From positions 21,617-85,616 of the forward strand of contig CAXSGP010000006.1 of NCBI GenBank assembly GCA_964236955.1: a stretch of DNA of 64,000 nt. Direction: 5' to 3'. Under the pieces are notes generated by a model. The model was not told the origin of the DNA and ran no database searches. It saw only the letters and a list, made by a program, of their open reading frames with translations. Numbering within the stretch: the first letter of the stretch is position 1; every line of letters starts with the position of its first letter. This document shows positions 1-10,093 of this stretch, in pieces. A program made the position numbers and the translations under genes. This DNA comes from an uncultured Oligoflexus sp. (GTDB lineage Bacteria > Bdellovibrionota_B > Oligoflexia > Oligoflexales > Oligoflexaceae).

Positions 1-936
1 GTTAACATATGGGGACGTTCTAAGGAAATCGTTGATGCAATCAATAACCACCACAAAAATCCAAAATATTTGTCCCATATCGCCCTTGAGCCCAGCCTTA
101 AGGCAAGCGAGCGACTTGATCCCCAGCTCATCGCCAAAACTGAATTTTTGGTTCTCGCGATTCCAACTCAATCGCTGCGCCACGTCCTGGGCCCCATCGC
201 CCCCTTTCTTTCTCCCCAATGCATCATCGTCTGTGCTGTCAAAGGCATTGAAAATGACACCCTAAGCTTTCCCATACAGATAATTGAGCAGGAGCTAGGA
301 GCGCAGGCCAAGAGCAAAATCGTAGTCCTATCGGGCCCGAGCTTTGCTATAGAAGTCGCGGAAAAACAGCCGACGGCTGTTTCGATTGCCTGCATCGATG
401 CCGACACAAACCACCAGACCCAGGCCCTATTCCATACTTCACTTTTTCGCGTTTACACCGTCGATGATCCGATTGGACTTGAAGTGGCCGGAGCGCTTAA
501 AAATGTCATCGCGTTGGCTTCCGGCGCGGCGGCTGGCCTTGGCTTTCAACAGAACGCCCGCGCGGCTCTCTTGGCCCGCGGGCTGGCGGAAATTGCGCGC
601 ATAGGGGTAGAACTGGGAGCGAAGCCGCTGACTTTTTTGGGCCTTGGTGGAGTCGGAGATCTATTTTTGACCTGCACCTCGGAGAAAAGCCGCAATTATA
701 CAGTCGGCTTTCGCCTAGGTCGGGGCGAGAATTTGGCTGAAGTTCTGAGGACTCTGGGCTCAGTGGCAGAGGGCGTTTCCACCGCAAAGGCTGCCTATGA
801 ACTCTGTGAGAAGCTCAAAGTGGACTCACCCATGGTCCACGTCGTCTATTCGGTAATCTACGGTGGGTCGACAGTTTCAAGCGGGCTCAAACTCCTGCTC
901 AATCGCGAGATGAAGCCGGAATTTTCTCGGTCCTGA
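1..936 (+). CDS. gpsA: NAD(P)H-dependent glycerol-3-phosphate dehydrogenase (5'-truncated by window)
   Basis: Frame open from base 1 (VNIWGRSKE...NPKYL); motifs KGIE, LSGPSFA, GALKNVIA, GVGDLFLTCTSEKSRN, VAEGV. Confidence 0.96.
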   Translation, partial: VNIWGRSKEIVDAINNHHKNPKYLSHIALEPSLKASERLDPQLIAKTEFLVLAIPTQSLRHVLGPIAPFLSPQCIIVCAVKGIENDTLSFPIQIIEQELGAQAKSKIVVLSGPSFAIEVAEKQPTAVSIACIDADTNHQTQALFHTSLFRVYTVDDPIGLEVAGALKNVIALASGAAAGLGFQQNARAALLARGLAEIARIGVELGAKPLTFLGLGGVGDLFLTCTSEKSRNYTVGFRLGRGENLAEVLRTLGSVAEGVSTAKAAYELCEKLKVDSPMVHVVYSVIYGGSTVSSGLKLLLNREMKPEFSRS

Positions 937-951
937 TCGTCTTGCTCGGGC

Positions 952-975
952 AAAAAAAGGGGCCAGTTGGCCCCT
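952..975 (-). terminator. Rho-independent terminator between convergent gpsA and DUF4340 gene
   Basis: Hairpin AGGGGCCA-GT-TGGCCCCT preceded on + by an A-run (U-tract on -). Confidence 0.7.
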
Positions 976-982
976 CTCGACG

Positions 983-2380
983 CTAAGACTTATCGCTCTT
1001 CACTTCCCCACCCAGCTGGCCTGGGTGGACCTCGGCTCTGGGCTTTAGGATTTCAGGAAATTCAGCTCCTACCTTGTAATACTGATCGCCATTTTTCAAA
1101 ACCAATGAGCTCTTATCGCTTGGGTTTGTCCAAAGTGAAAACTGCGTCGGGGCTTTATTTTTTTCCTTGATTTCCACCTGATGAAGCGCGGTAGACACGG
1201 TTGCCGGGAGCGCCTCTTCGGCCGATATTTTGGCATCGGCTTTGGCAAACTCAAGACTTACAACCACGCCTTGAGCAAAGGGCGCCGGCTTTTTATTGCT
1301 AGCCTCGATCCAACTCTCGGCGGCTTTCGTGTAGACCTTTCCATCGATTGTAAGTTGGATGGCGTCGGCTGAGATGAAGGTAAAGATCGTTCGATCCTGA
1401 AGATCATTAACTGATTTTTTTAGTTCGTCAACCTGTTGCCTATCGACCTCAGCGAAGGTATCGGCCCCAAGTTTAACATAAAGTTTGCCGTTGTTTTCTA
1501 AGATCGTAATGCTCTTGGGCGGCAGTTTGCCCCTGCTAAACGTCGCGCGAACATATTCCTTGGTACCCTTGCTAAGGTCGCTCAGTGCTTGCCTTAAAGC
1601 CGGAGGCGGCGCATCGATAAAGTCAAGCACGCGCAGCTGCTCCCAAGCGCTTAGGTATTTCTTGATCTCGGCTCCATCGGCCATCGAGCGGATTGGCGTC
1701 ACGATTTCCCAGGCCGGCTCTCCTCCCTTGGCTGTCTCTTTGCCCTCTTTTCCTGCGCCTTTTACCTGTTCAAAGGCAAGTGCGGGCAATTGGTGCCAAA
1801 CAATCTCCACGTGAGTCACCAGATTGGCTGGGGGAAGCGCCAGGGATCGATCCCGAAAGTCGTTAAGTGATTTAGTGGCTGCGGTTGCAAGATACTGATT
1901 GACGAGAAACACGTGTTTGGAATCGTCTTTTTGCAAATAGCTGCTATAACCCGTAGGACTTTTGCTACCCATCGCCAGGAGCCAGGATTTACCGTTTTTA
2001 TCGCTTAAGCGATAAAGCAATTGAGGCCGGGCCAGACCAAAACCATCGCGATCCTGTGCACCGATATCAAAGTCCCGTTCATAACGCGCATCGGCTATAA
2101 TCTTTAGAAATCTTTCGATACCGTTGCTGTCCGCGGAGTAGACGAGAGGACTCACCACCTGCCAACTGCCAGCGTCTTTTTTCAATAGCCATTGCGAGGG
2201 CTCGGCATGGGCGTTTGTAGCGGAAATTGCCACGATATCCTCGGCATGAAAGTCATAGAGCCGGGATTTTTCTTCCGTTACTTTCTTATCGGTCAACGTC
2301 TGCGCATCATCCCAGTAGGCAAGGCCGGCAAGAAGCAAGAGGACGACGACCAAGGCCAGAGGAGTCTTATAGCGCTTCAT
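983..2380 (-). CDS. DUF4340-type membrane-anchored periplasmic protein
   Basis: N-terminal TM helix, repeated W..VSP...AD / FGL..P / DFRDR-like segments; last gene of GldA/F/G-like cluster, 4-nt overlap with upstream gene. Confidence 0.75.
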   Translation of the reverse strand: MKRYKTPLALVVVLLLLAGLAYWDDAQTLTDKKVTEEKSRLYDFHAEDIVAISATNAHAEPSQWLLKKDAGSWQVVSPLVYSADSNGIERFLKIIADARYERDFDIGAQDRDGFGLARPQLLYRLSDKNGKSWLLAMGSKSPTGYSSYLQKDDSKHVFLVNQYLATAATKSLNDFRDRSLALPPANLVTHVEIVWHQLPALAFEQVKGAGKEGKETAKGGEPAWEIVTPIRSMADGAEIKKYLSAWEQLRVLDFIDAPPPALRQALSDLSKGTKEYVRATFSRGKLPPKSITILENNGKLYVKLGADTFAEVDRQQVDELKKSVNDLQDRTIFTFISADAIQLTIDGKVYTKAAESWIEASNKKPAPFAQGVVVSLEFAKADAKISAEEALPATVSTALHQVEIKEKNKAPTQFSLWTNPSDKSSLVLKNGDQYYKVGAEFPEILKPRAEVHPGQLGGEVKSDKS

Positions 2381-3996
2381 GCTCGTCTCCTTTGAAACCA
2401 GTAAAGGCTGCCTGCTCCGAAAAAGATTAGGGGATAAATGAAGGCCAGAAACATGAGAAGGAATTGACTGGATTGGGTTGTCAACTCGAGGTGACTCGGA
2501 TCACTGTCTTTGGCGCGAATCGAAAGAAAATCTTCGTCCTGCAGCAAAAAGTTTACGCCATTGACAAAGAGGTCAAGGTTTTCCCCGCGCTGGCCACCAA
2601 GGTTAGCGGCGAGCTGCGAACTTCCTCCTACAAAGACCCGAAGCTCTTTTGCCGTTTTTGCGGCCGCCGGTGAATCAGGAGCAGTTTTGCCGGCATTGGC
2701 CGCAAGCCGATCGCCGCCGACCTGACCGGTAGCAATAGCAAAGACGTTAAAACTCCCGGCTTGAACCTGACTCTCGGTTATCCCTGTTTTAATATCGGAT
2801 TCGGTCCGCACGTCTTTGACTTTGATAATAACGGGATCGGTCTTTGCTAAGGGCGTTACCTTAAGATGCAACTTATTGTCGGGAAGGATGTCGAGAGATC
2901 GCGTGTTGGCAGTGACGATCGACACGCCACCTCGTTTGGCAAAGTCAGCGGTGATTGGGGAAAATTGATCGAGTTCAGCGGCGATGGAATTGTTTTGACC
3001 CAGTACCTGACCTCTTGGATCTTCGGGACGAATAATCAGGAGGTCATCGTTAAAGCGCACGCCTGCGTCCGCCACCAAGGCTTTGATATTGGGGAGATCG
3101 ACCAGGGCGTCGACTAAGAACATCATCGGTTTGGCATCGAGCATCGCCTGTTCCAAAATGACTTTTTCCGCAGGCAAAAGATCATATTTGGGTCCGGCGA
3201 CTATGAGCAGGTCGGCATCGTCGGGGTATTTGCCAAGTTCGACGAGCTTCGCCTGCTTGACGACAAAACGTTCCGATTCAAGCTCCGCCTTGGCCAAACT
3301 CAAGCCGATCGGATCCTTACTGTTGATATCTGGCTCACCATGGCCGGAGAGAAAATAGACGATATGCTCTTTTTCCTTCATCACCCGCACCAGAGCATTG
3401 CTCATCTTTTCTTCCGAAAAGCTTGTCAGCCGCGACTGCTGCTTGCCGAGCTTAAACAAGACCGTATCGGGTACCGTTATGCTCTCCGCCATGGCGCGGG
3501 TTGGGTCGGTCTGAGGATCGATGTATTCGACGAGAAGGGGAGTGCCGGCATTTTGATAGAGGGCGAGGAGTTTATTGAACTGGGCTTTTTTCACTTCGTC
3601 TTGAAAAAAGGCCAGGACTTTGACTTCCTGTTGATTCGTCTTCAACTGCTTGACGAGTTTTACTGATTCCAGCGTGAGGGTGTTCAAGCCATCCTTTGTT
3701 ACATCAAAGGTTTTATTGAATCGTTCACGTTTCGTGACAAAGCCTATTCCCAAGGCCAAAAGCAGCGCCAAGAGCACGCTAAGGCCCTGGCTGAGCCCAT
3801 GCCTGGCGCCTTTACGTTTAAACATGCGGCCGATGCGTTCGGCATCAAGAATAAGCCAGGCGACCAGACTGATGGCAGCCAGCAACCAAAAGCCTATACC
3901 CACATAGGGTATCGATGAATAGGCCTTGCCGGTGGCCAGGGCCAGGACTGCCGCGAAAAAACTCAGGAAAGGCAAAAAAAGTAAACCACTACGCAT
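2377..3996 (-). CDS. GldG-family ABC transporter auxiliary component
   Basis: FDVTKDGLNTL, YIDP, VYFLSGHGE, LLIVAGP, N.DLFVNGVNFL motifs, C-terminal TM; ATG at 3996 follows GGAGGT. Confidence 0.85.
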   Translation of the reverse strand: MRSGLLFLPFLSFFAAVLALATGKAYSSIPYVGIGFWLLAAISLVAWLILDAERIGRMFKRKGARHGLSQGLSVLLALLLALGIGFVTKRERFNKTFDVTKDGLNTLTLESVKLVKQLKTNQQEVKVLAFFQDEVKKAQFNKLLALYQNAGTPLLVEYIDPQTDPTRAMAESITVPDTVLFKLGKQQSRLTSFSEEKMSNALVRVMKEKEHIVYFLSGHGEPDINSKDPIGLSLAKAELESERFVVKQAKLVELGKYPDDADLLIVAGPKYDLLPAEKVILEQAMLDAKPMMFLVDALVDLPNIKALVADAGVRFNDDLLIIRPEDPRGQVLGQNNSIAAELDQFSPITADFAKRGGVSIVTANTRSLDILPDNKLHLKVTPLAKTDPVIIKVKDVRTESDIKTGITESQVQAGSFNVFAIATGQVGGDRLAANAGKTAPDSPAAAKTAKELRVFVGGSSQLAANLGGQRGENLDLFVNGVNFLLQDEDFLSIRAKDSDPSHLELTTQSSQFLLMFLAFIYPLIFFGAGSLYWFQRRRA

Positions 3997-4001
3997 TGCA
4001 A

Positions 4002-4766
4002 CTACCTCCAACGCTTTGCATCGACTGCGACGTTAGTAAAAAAGAGGAACAAACCTATGAACGCCAAAAAATAGCCAAGATCGGCAACGGAGATGAGGCC
4101 TGCAAAAAAATTATCGAGGTGAGGCGTCGCGGCCAGATACTTCACGAACTCTTCAGTAGCTCCCCCGTTGGAAAGATTGGGCGCTACCCATGCAAGTATA
4201 AGAAGAAGAAACAGCCCAAAGGAGGTAAAAAGGTAGGCGAGGAACTGCTGGGCCACCATCGACGACACCCAAAGACCAAAGGCAACCTGCGCACACATCA
4301 AAAGAAAGATGCCAAGGTAGGACGTCAGTATCGGTCCGACTTCGGGATTTCCGTACTTGAAAAGGAAAAGGGGATAGACTGCTGAGGCTAGGAGCACCAG
4401 GCCAAGCACGCCGGCCGAAGCGATGAATTTTCCAAAAACGATCTGCCCATTGGTAACGGGAGCGGTTTGCAGCAACCGATCGACCTGAGTCTTACGCTCC
4501 TCGGCAAAAGAGGACATGGTTATGGCTGGAATAATAAAAAGCAGTATAAAGTGTAGATTTTGAAAGATAGCGGTAAGCAGTTGGGTCAACTTCGGTGCTT
4601 CGCCCCCGGTTTGCAGCGTTTGCGCCTGGATATCGATAAACGTAGCCGCAAAAGATCGGAAAAAAATTCCCATCAGAAGCAGGAGAAAACAAAAAGTCAC
4701 GGAACCCTTAAACGATACGAGAAAGGACTTGAGGTCTCTATTGGCAATGGTCGCAATTGCACCCAT
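4002..4766 (-). CDS. GldF-like ABC-2 permease
   Basis: About 6 hydrophobic segments; PAITMSSFAEERK...LLQTAP...IVFGKF signature. Confidence 0.88.
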   Translation of the reverse strand: MGAIATIANRDLKSFLVSFKGSVTFCFLLLLMGIFFRSFAATFIDIQAQTLQTGGEAPKLTQLLTAIFQNLHFILLFIIPAITMSSFAEERKTQVDRLLQTAPVTNGQIVFGKFIASAGVLGLVLLASAVYPLFLFKYGNPEVGPILTSYLGIFLLMCAQVAFGLWVSSMVAQQFLAYLFTSFGLFLLLILAWVAPNLSNGGATEEFVKYLAATPHLDNFFAGLISVADLGYFLAFIGLFLFFTNVAVDAKRWR

Positions 4767-4784
4767 TTAACGGTACTCCCTTGA

Positions 4785-5705
4785 TTAGCGGGTAATTTGA
4801 AAGAATATGTCTTCAAGTTTTTTAGATTTTCCGGCGAGTTCCTTGAGGCCAAAACCACGATCCAAAACCCGGCGCGCGATGGCGTCCAGGATTTCGTCGC
4901 CCTCTTTCGTCAGAAAACTCACCAGCTGCTCATCCTCTTTGAGCTTCACCTGGCTCAGTCCAGCAAAATCATCCCTCAGCTCCTGAGCCAGGGCCGCCGC
5001 TCCCTTTCTGACCCGCACGTGATATTTTTGGGCACCATCCAGGCGCAGAATAAGCTCGTTGTGCGTACCCTGCTCAACTACCTTTCCCTTGTCGACGATG
5101 ATCAGCTGATCGCAGACGCTTTCCACTTCCGAGAGAATGTGGGAGGAAAAAAGTATGGTGTGATGACCCTTAAGCCCCCGAATCATTTCTCGAATTTGGA
5201 GAATCTGATGGGGATCGAGACCCTCCGTGGGCTCATCGAGGATCAAGACTTCAGGATCATTGATCAAGGCCTGTGCAAGACCCACACGTTGCCGGTAGCC
5301 CTTGGAAAGTTGGCTGATCAGACGTTTTTTATGGGTGCCAAGCTCAAGTCTTTCGAGCAGGTCGGCGACTCTCACGTTCAGGCGATCGCCACGCAGGCCG
5401 TGCAGTTTGCCCGCATAACTTAAGAACTCCTGGACCTGCATCTCACGATGAAGCGGCGGTTCGTCGGGCAGGTAGCCCAGTTTTCTTTTGACCTCGATCG
5501 GATTCTCGGAGATCTCGAACCCGCCGATTTTAGCTGTCCCAGCATCGGCACCGATGCAACCACAGAGAATATCCATGGTCGTGGTCTTACCCGCGCCGTT
5601 TGCCCCGAGAAAGCCTACAATCTGACCTTTCGGCACTTTAAAACTTATATCGTTCAGGGCCACGGTATCCCCGAATCTCTTCTGCAAGCCAACGACTTCA
5701 ATCAT
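4785..5705 (-). CDS. GldA-like ABC transporter ATP-binding protein
   Basis: Walker A GANGAGKT, signature LSKGYRQRVG, Walker B ILDEP, SSH; ATG at 5705 after GGGGAG. Confidence 0.92.
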   Translation of the reverse strand: MIEVVGLQKRFGDTVALNDISFKVPKGQIVGFLGANGAGKTTTMDILCGCIGADAGTAKIGGFEISENPIEVKRKLGYLPDEPPLHREMQVQEFLSYAGKLHGLRGDRLNVRVADLLERLELGTHKKRLISQLSKGYRQRVGLAQALINDPEVLILDEPTEGLDPHQILQIREMIRGLKGHHTILFSSHILSEVESVCDQLIIVDKGKVVEQGTHNELILRLDGAQKYHVRVRKGAAALAQELRDDFAGLSQVKLKEDEQLVSFLTKEGDEILDAIARRVLDRGFGLKELAGKSKKLEDIFFQITR

Positions 5706-5992
5706 TGGGCAACTCCCCAAAACGAACTATTTGTCCAAATCTATCCACTGCCCTGCAGTTTAATGGATAGGGCCGGCAAGTCAATCAAAGGAAACCCGAT
5801 GGCCTGGCTTCAGTCAAAATGAGGCAGGTTTGCCATCGGAAGCAATTTTACGCCTGCCCACCTATGCTGACTTGATCCCAAAAAAATTTTTGGTATCAAT
5901 GACTTCCCGAAGAAAGCGAATCTTGCTAAGCTTGATAGCTGGAAGAACTCATCGAGGCAGAGTTTAGCATCGAGCAGTGTGGAGGTGCCGTA

Positions 5993-6322
5993 ATGGCTAC
6001 TTTAACCAAGGACATCTTGGTAGAAATGATCCGCGACAAAGTTGGATTCCCTGTAAAAGAAGCGAAAGAAATCCTCGAGATCATTCTTGAAGAGATAAAG
6101 CTCCGTCTCGAAGATGGTAAAGATGTGAAAATCTCAGGCTTCGGTAAGTGGACGGTGAAAGAAAAGAGGTCTCGTCCCGGTCGAAATCCGCATACAGGGG
6201 AAAAGATCGAAATCTCGGCTCGGCGTGTTGTTACCTTTCATCCATCTGACAAGATGCGTGATCAGGTAAATCGAGAATACGCGGCTGCAGATACCAATAA
6301 AGTCTACAAAGACGAAGACTGA
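5993..6322 (+). CDS. ihfA: Integration host factor alpha / HU family DNA-binding protein
   Basis: VKISGFGKW..KEKRSRPGRNPHTGEKIEISARRVVTFHPS; SD GGAGGT. Confidence 0.85.
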   Translation: MATLTKDILVEMIRDKVGFPVKEAKEILEIILEEIKLRLEDGKDVKISGFGKWTVKEKRSRPGRNPHTGEKIEISARRVVTFHPSDKMRDQVNREYAAADTNKVYKDED

Positions 6323-6464
6323 AAATCCTCCTTGACGAGACGGGCGCCAGCTTGGCTGCGCCCTTATCCTAGCCCTTTCTCCTTGCCTTCCTGCTTTCAA
6401 AACACCAACGAGCCTGCAATACTGTAGCGAATTAAGTTGGCACTCTTGTTTTGAAGGAACGTTT

Positions 6465-7076
6465 ATGCGCCTCTCCAAAATCTACACCAAGACCGGCGAC
6501 CAAGGCGGCACGATGCTGGCTTCGGGCGAACGCATTTCCAAGGCGGCGCTGCGCATCGAGGCGTATGGAACCGTCGATGAACTCAACGCCTGCGTGGGGA
6601 TGCTCCGGGATTTTATGCGCGTCGACTCTTCGCTATCGACCTCATGGATTGGGCCGAGCCTTGGCCGTATTCAAAATGAATTGTTTGATCTCGGCGGCGA
6701 GCTGGCAACGCCAAGCAAAGCCTTAAATCCGGATCAGCAAAAACTTTTGGGACGGCTCGATATTCAGAAGCTCGAGCAGGAGATCGACGCGAGCAATGAA
6801 ACGCTGCCGCCGCTCGCCAACTTTGTGCTACCCGGTGGGCATATTTGCAATTCAAGTGCCCATCTGGCCCGAACGGTCTGCCGTCGTGCCGAACGTGAAG
6901 TCGTACGATTGCGAGCGGAAGAGCCCGAGCTGCGCGTCGAACCCCAAATCTATCTCAATCGCTTGAGTGATTGGCTCTTTGTCGTAAGCCGGGCCCTCAG
7001 CCATGCCCTGAAAGTTGAAGAAGTGCTCTGGGACCAAAAAAAACCTCGACCCCCGGCCAAAAGCCTTGAGCCATGA
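6465..7076 (+). CDS. PduO-type cob(I)alamin adenosyltransferase
   Basis: KIYTKTGDQG, RIEAYGTVDELN, ARTVCRRAER, YLNRLSDWLF. Confidence 0.93.
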   Translation: MRLSKIYTKTGDQGGTMLASGERISKAALRIEAYGTVDELNACVGMLRDFMRVDSSLSTSWIGPSLGRIQNELFDLGGELATPSKALNPDQQKLLGRLDIQKLEQEIDASNETLPPLANFVLPGGHICNSSAHLARTVCRRAEREVVRLRAEEPELRVEPQIYLNRLSDWLFVVSRALSHALKVEEVLWDQKKPRPPAKSLEP

Positions 7077-7179
7077 CGAGGCGGCTCCTGCCGGCCCTTT
7101 TCCAGCGTCTTTGCCATGTAATGCTATAAAAGCCCGGCTTGAAAGTGTAAAATTAGAGCTACATTTTCGTGAGAAGAGC

Positions 7180-7581
7180 GTGCCAATTAAACTGCCTATA
7201 AACATAAAGTCCAGGCTTGCCTTCGGAGCTTTAGTCGTTTGCTTTTGGGCGGCTGCTTTTGCTGTGAGTCTTCGCGATGCCGTCCCGGCTTTGCGTGCAA
7301 CCTACGCCATCCTCCACAGAGATGAATTTTGGAGTCCTTCGATTAATCAGGAAGAAAGCAGGGCCCAGCAGAGGCATATCCAGGCCCATTACTTATCTTA
7401 TGGAGTTTACATTCCCCTCGATGATATCGTGATTGGTGCTCATGACGCCAAGACACAAACCCTGGCAAGATCTTTAGACGGTGTGTGTGGCCCTGGTACG
7501 ACGGCCATCTGGGTCCCAGTGGCTTTTCATTTTCCTATCTTCGGTGAAAAGGTTTTCGAATGGTGCTTAGTGAGGACTTAG
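7180..7581 (+). CDS. Hypothetical membrane-anchored protein
   Basis: ORF 7015-7581; GTG at 7180 avoids overlap with the previous gene and is followed by one hydrophobic helix; start uncertain. Confidence 0.6.
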   Translation: MPIKLPINIKSRLAFGALVVCFWAAAFAVSLRDAVPALRATYAILHRDEFWSPSINQEESRAQQRHIQAHYLSYGVYIPLDDIVIGAHDAKTQTLARSLDGVCGPGTTAIWVPVAFHFPIFGEKVFEWCLVRT

Positions 7582-8315
7582 GTATCGCCGACTCCCAGCT
7601 TGCAAATTCCGTGCTTTTAGCAACCAAGGCGACTCAGTCGAGCCCTATTGCTATCGACATTTTCGTGGGCGGCGAGCAGCAAACGCCTACCGATAGCTTT
7701 ATCGAAAGTCTTATTCAGGCCTTTGTCAGCACATCTGGAACCAAACCCATCATCGAAGCCAAGGAAGACTTTTTTCAGCAGGGGGGAAAAATCTTTGCCG
7801 AGGATGACAACTATCATCAGCGTATCTATTATTTTCTAAATCACTTCATTTTTGAGCGACCGTTCAACGCCTTGAGTCGAACGACGCCCTTTCTCGATCA
7901 TCTGGAGTCGGGCGCGGCCAAATCGATGATCGAGGGCTTTACGCATTCCCTCTTTAAGATACTCAGGGTCAAGCCTGACCATATTTATCTGAAGGATCTC
8001 TTTACGGAAAATAGGCTCCGGGTCGACAAACAGGAGCTTGAGGTGTTTGAAGGGATCGCCAAAGGCGACGTCTTTCAAGGCTTTCTCTTGCACCAGGGAA
8101 GCATCACCTATCTAAGCCGCGGCCTAATCTTTCACCCTGGCCGATCGCACAAAATAATCCTAAACCTCCTTAAGCAGGAGCGAAAAAGTCAAAGGTTTGG
8201 CAAAGGCCAGATTCTTTTTGCCCTGGCGCGCCAGCAGCTTAAGCACACGAGATTAAAGCACGTCGATCCGAAAATTGTGTACCAGGAAAATCCGCTCCAC
8301 GCCTCGCTCCTTTAG
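7560..8315 (+). CDS. Hypothetical protein upstream of pilB
   Basis: 251-aa ORF filling the gap before pilB on the same strand. Confidence 0.7.
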   Translation: MVLSEDLGIADSQLANSVLLATKATQSSPIAIDIFVGGEQQTPTDSFIESLIQAFVSTSGTKPIIEAKEDFFQQGGKIFAEDDNYHQRIYYFLNHFIFERPFNALSRTTPFLDHLESGAAKSMIEGFTHSLFKILRVKPDHIYLKDLFTENRLRVDKQELEVFEGIAKGDVFQGFLLHQGSITYLSRGLIFHPGRSHKIILNLLKQERKSQRFGKGQILFALARQQLKHTRLKHVDPKIVYQENPLHASLL

Positions 8316-8370
8316 CAAAGTCAAAACATACCGATAATCTTACTGACCGACTTACGGTGGTGGGAGCGTT

Positions 8371-10092
8371 ATGCTGAGGCAATTTCAGGAAATAGCTGTA
8401 AACCAGCTCAAAATTGATGCCAAGGTCCTACAGGAGGCAGAGGCCTTTTCAAGACAAAAGGGCATCCTTTTGGTCCATGCTTTAATCCGTTTAAAGCTTG
8501 GCGATCCTGCCAAGCTCCTAGCTGCCTGGGCGCATTGTTTTCATGTCCGTATTGCCGATCTTGATGCGATGGATATTCCATCGGAAATTATCAAACTCAT
8601 CCCCGAGGCATTGGCCAAACAGGCCCGGGCTATCCCTATCGATCGCGTCGGCAACAACATCATCGTTGCCGTGGAAAACCCCCACGACCTCAATACGGTC
8701 AATCTTCTCCAACTTAAGACCGGATTTTTGCTCAAGACGGTCTTATCCAGCGAAGAAAAAATCAATAACGCGCTTTCGCGATATTATCCCACCTCTCAAA
8801 TCATTGACGTCAACAAATTTGCCAAGAACACGGCAACACCCTCACGATCTCGTCCCGCTGAGCATCGCCTTATTATCGAGGAGGCTTCTCCCGGTGATGA
8901 CGCACCGGCCCTCATTGATACCGTCATGCGAGCTTGTTTGAATATGGGCGCTTCCGATATTCATGTGGAGCCCTATGAGAGTTATATGCGCATTCGTTTG
9001 CGAATCGACGGAGTCCTGCAGGAAATTGCCCGTCCCCCAGCCCATATGAAGGCGGCCGTGGCTTCACGCTTTAAGGTGATGGCCGGCCTTAAGATCGAAG
9101 AAAAGCGACTGCCTCAGGATGGCAACATCAATGCGACGATAGAAAATAAACCTATCGATTTTCGTATCAACACCTTGCCCACAGTTCATGGTGAAAAAAT
9201 CGTGTTGCGTATATTGGATAAGTCCAGCCTGCAGGTCGATATGACGAAACTGGGCTTTGAGCAAAGCGACCTCAACCGCTTTAAAGACTCCATCCACAAA
9301 CCCTACGGCATGGTGCTCGTTACCGGGCCTACCGGTTCCGGCAAAACGACAACACTTTACTCGGCGCTCGCTGACTTAAATCAGATAACCGATAACATCA
9401 TGACGGCCGAAGATCCTGTTGAATTCACTTTGGAAGGTGTGAATCAGGTGCACGTAAAGCCTGACATCGGGCTCACCTTTGCCGACGCCCTTAAGGCCTT
9501 CTTACGCCAGGATCCTGATATCGTCATGGTCGGTGAGATTCGCGATCGCGAAACGGGCGAGATTGCCATCAAAGCGGCGCTGACCGGTCACATGGTGCTT
9601 TCGACCCTTCACACCAACAGCGCCGCCGATACTATTGTCCGCCTGCAGAACATGGGACTCGAATCTTTTAATTTGATTTCGGCCCTGCAGTGCATCGTGG
9701 CTCAACGCCTGGCGCGGCGAATCTGCGTCAAATGCCGCGAACCGGATCCCTCACTCAAGCCCGATTATCTGGTCAGTCTGGGAATCCCGCCCGATGTGGC
9801 CGCCCGATCCATTGTCTATAAAGGCCGCGGCTGCGATTTCTGCAACAAAAGTGGGTATAAAGGGCGAACGGCTATTCATGAGGTCATGGTAATCAACGAT
9901 GACCTGCGCGAGGCCATCATGAAAGGGGCTCCAGCGATGACGCTTAAGAAAATCGCGATGAAAGGTGGGATGCGAACCTTGAGACAGAATGCCTTGCTCA
10001 AATTACTAAAGGGTGAAACCGATGCCGTAGAAGTCGTCGCCAACACGGCATCAGACGAAGATTCGTCGTACGACGCAGGATCGGTGGCTTAA
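8371..10092 (+). CDS. pilB: Type IV pilus assembly ATPase
   Basis: GASDIHVEP, RLPQDG, GPTGSGKT, FLRQDPDIVMVGEIRD, GHMVLSTLHTN, CxxC...CxxC zinc motif; followed by pilT and pilC. Confidence 0.93.
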   Translation: MLRQFQEIAVNQLKIDAKVLQEAEAFSRQKGILLVHALIRLKLGDPAKLLAAWAHCFHVRIADLDAMDIPSEIIKLIPEALAKQARAIPIDRVGNNIIVAVENPHDLNTVNLLQLKTGFLLKTVLSSEEKINNALSRYYPTSQIIDVNKFAKNTATPSRSRPAEHRLIIEEASPGDDAPALIDTVMRACLNMGASDIHVEPYESYMRIRLRIDGVLQEIARPPAHMKAAVASRFKVMAGLKIEEKRLPQDGNINATIENKPIDFRINTLPTVHGEKIVLRILDKSSLQVDMTKLGFEQSDLNRFKDSIHKPYGMVLVTGPTGSGKTTTLYSALADLNQITDNIMTAEDPVEFTLEGVNQVHVKPDIGLTFADALKAFLRQDPDIVMVGEIRDRETGEIAIKAALTGHMVLSTLHTNSAADTIVRLQNMGLESFNLISALQCIVAQRLARRICVKCREPDPSLKPDYLVSLGIPPDVAARSIVYKGRGCDFCNKSGYKGRTAIHEVMVINDDLREAIMKGAPAMTLKKIAMKGGMRTLRQNALLKLLKGETDAVEVVANTASDEDSSYDAGSVA

Positions 10093-10093
10093 T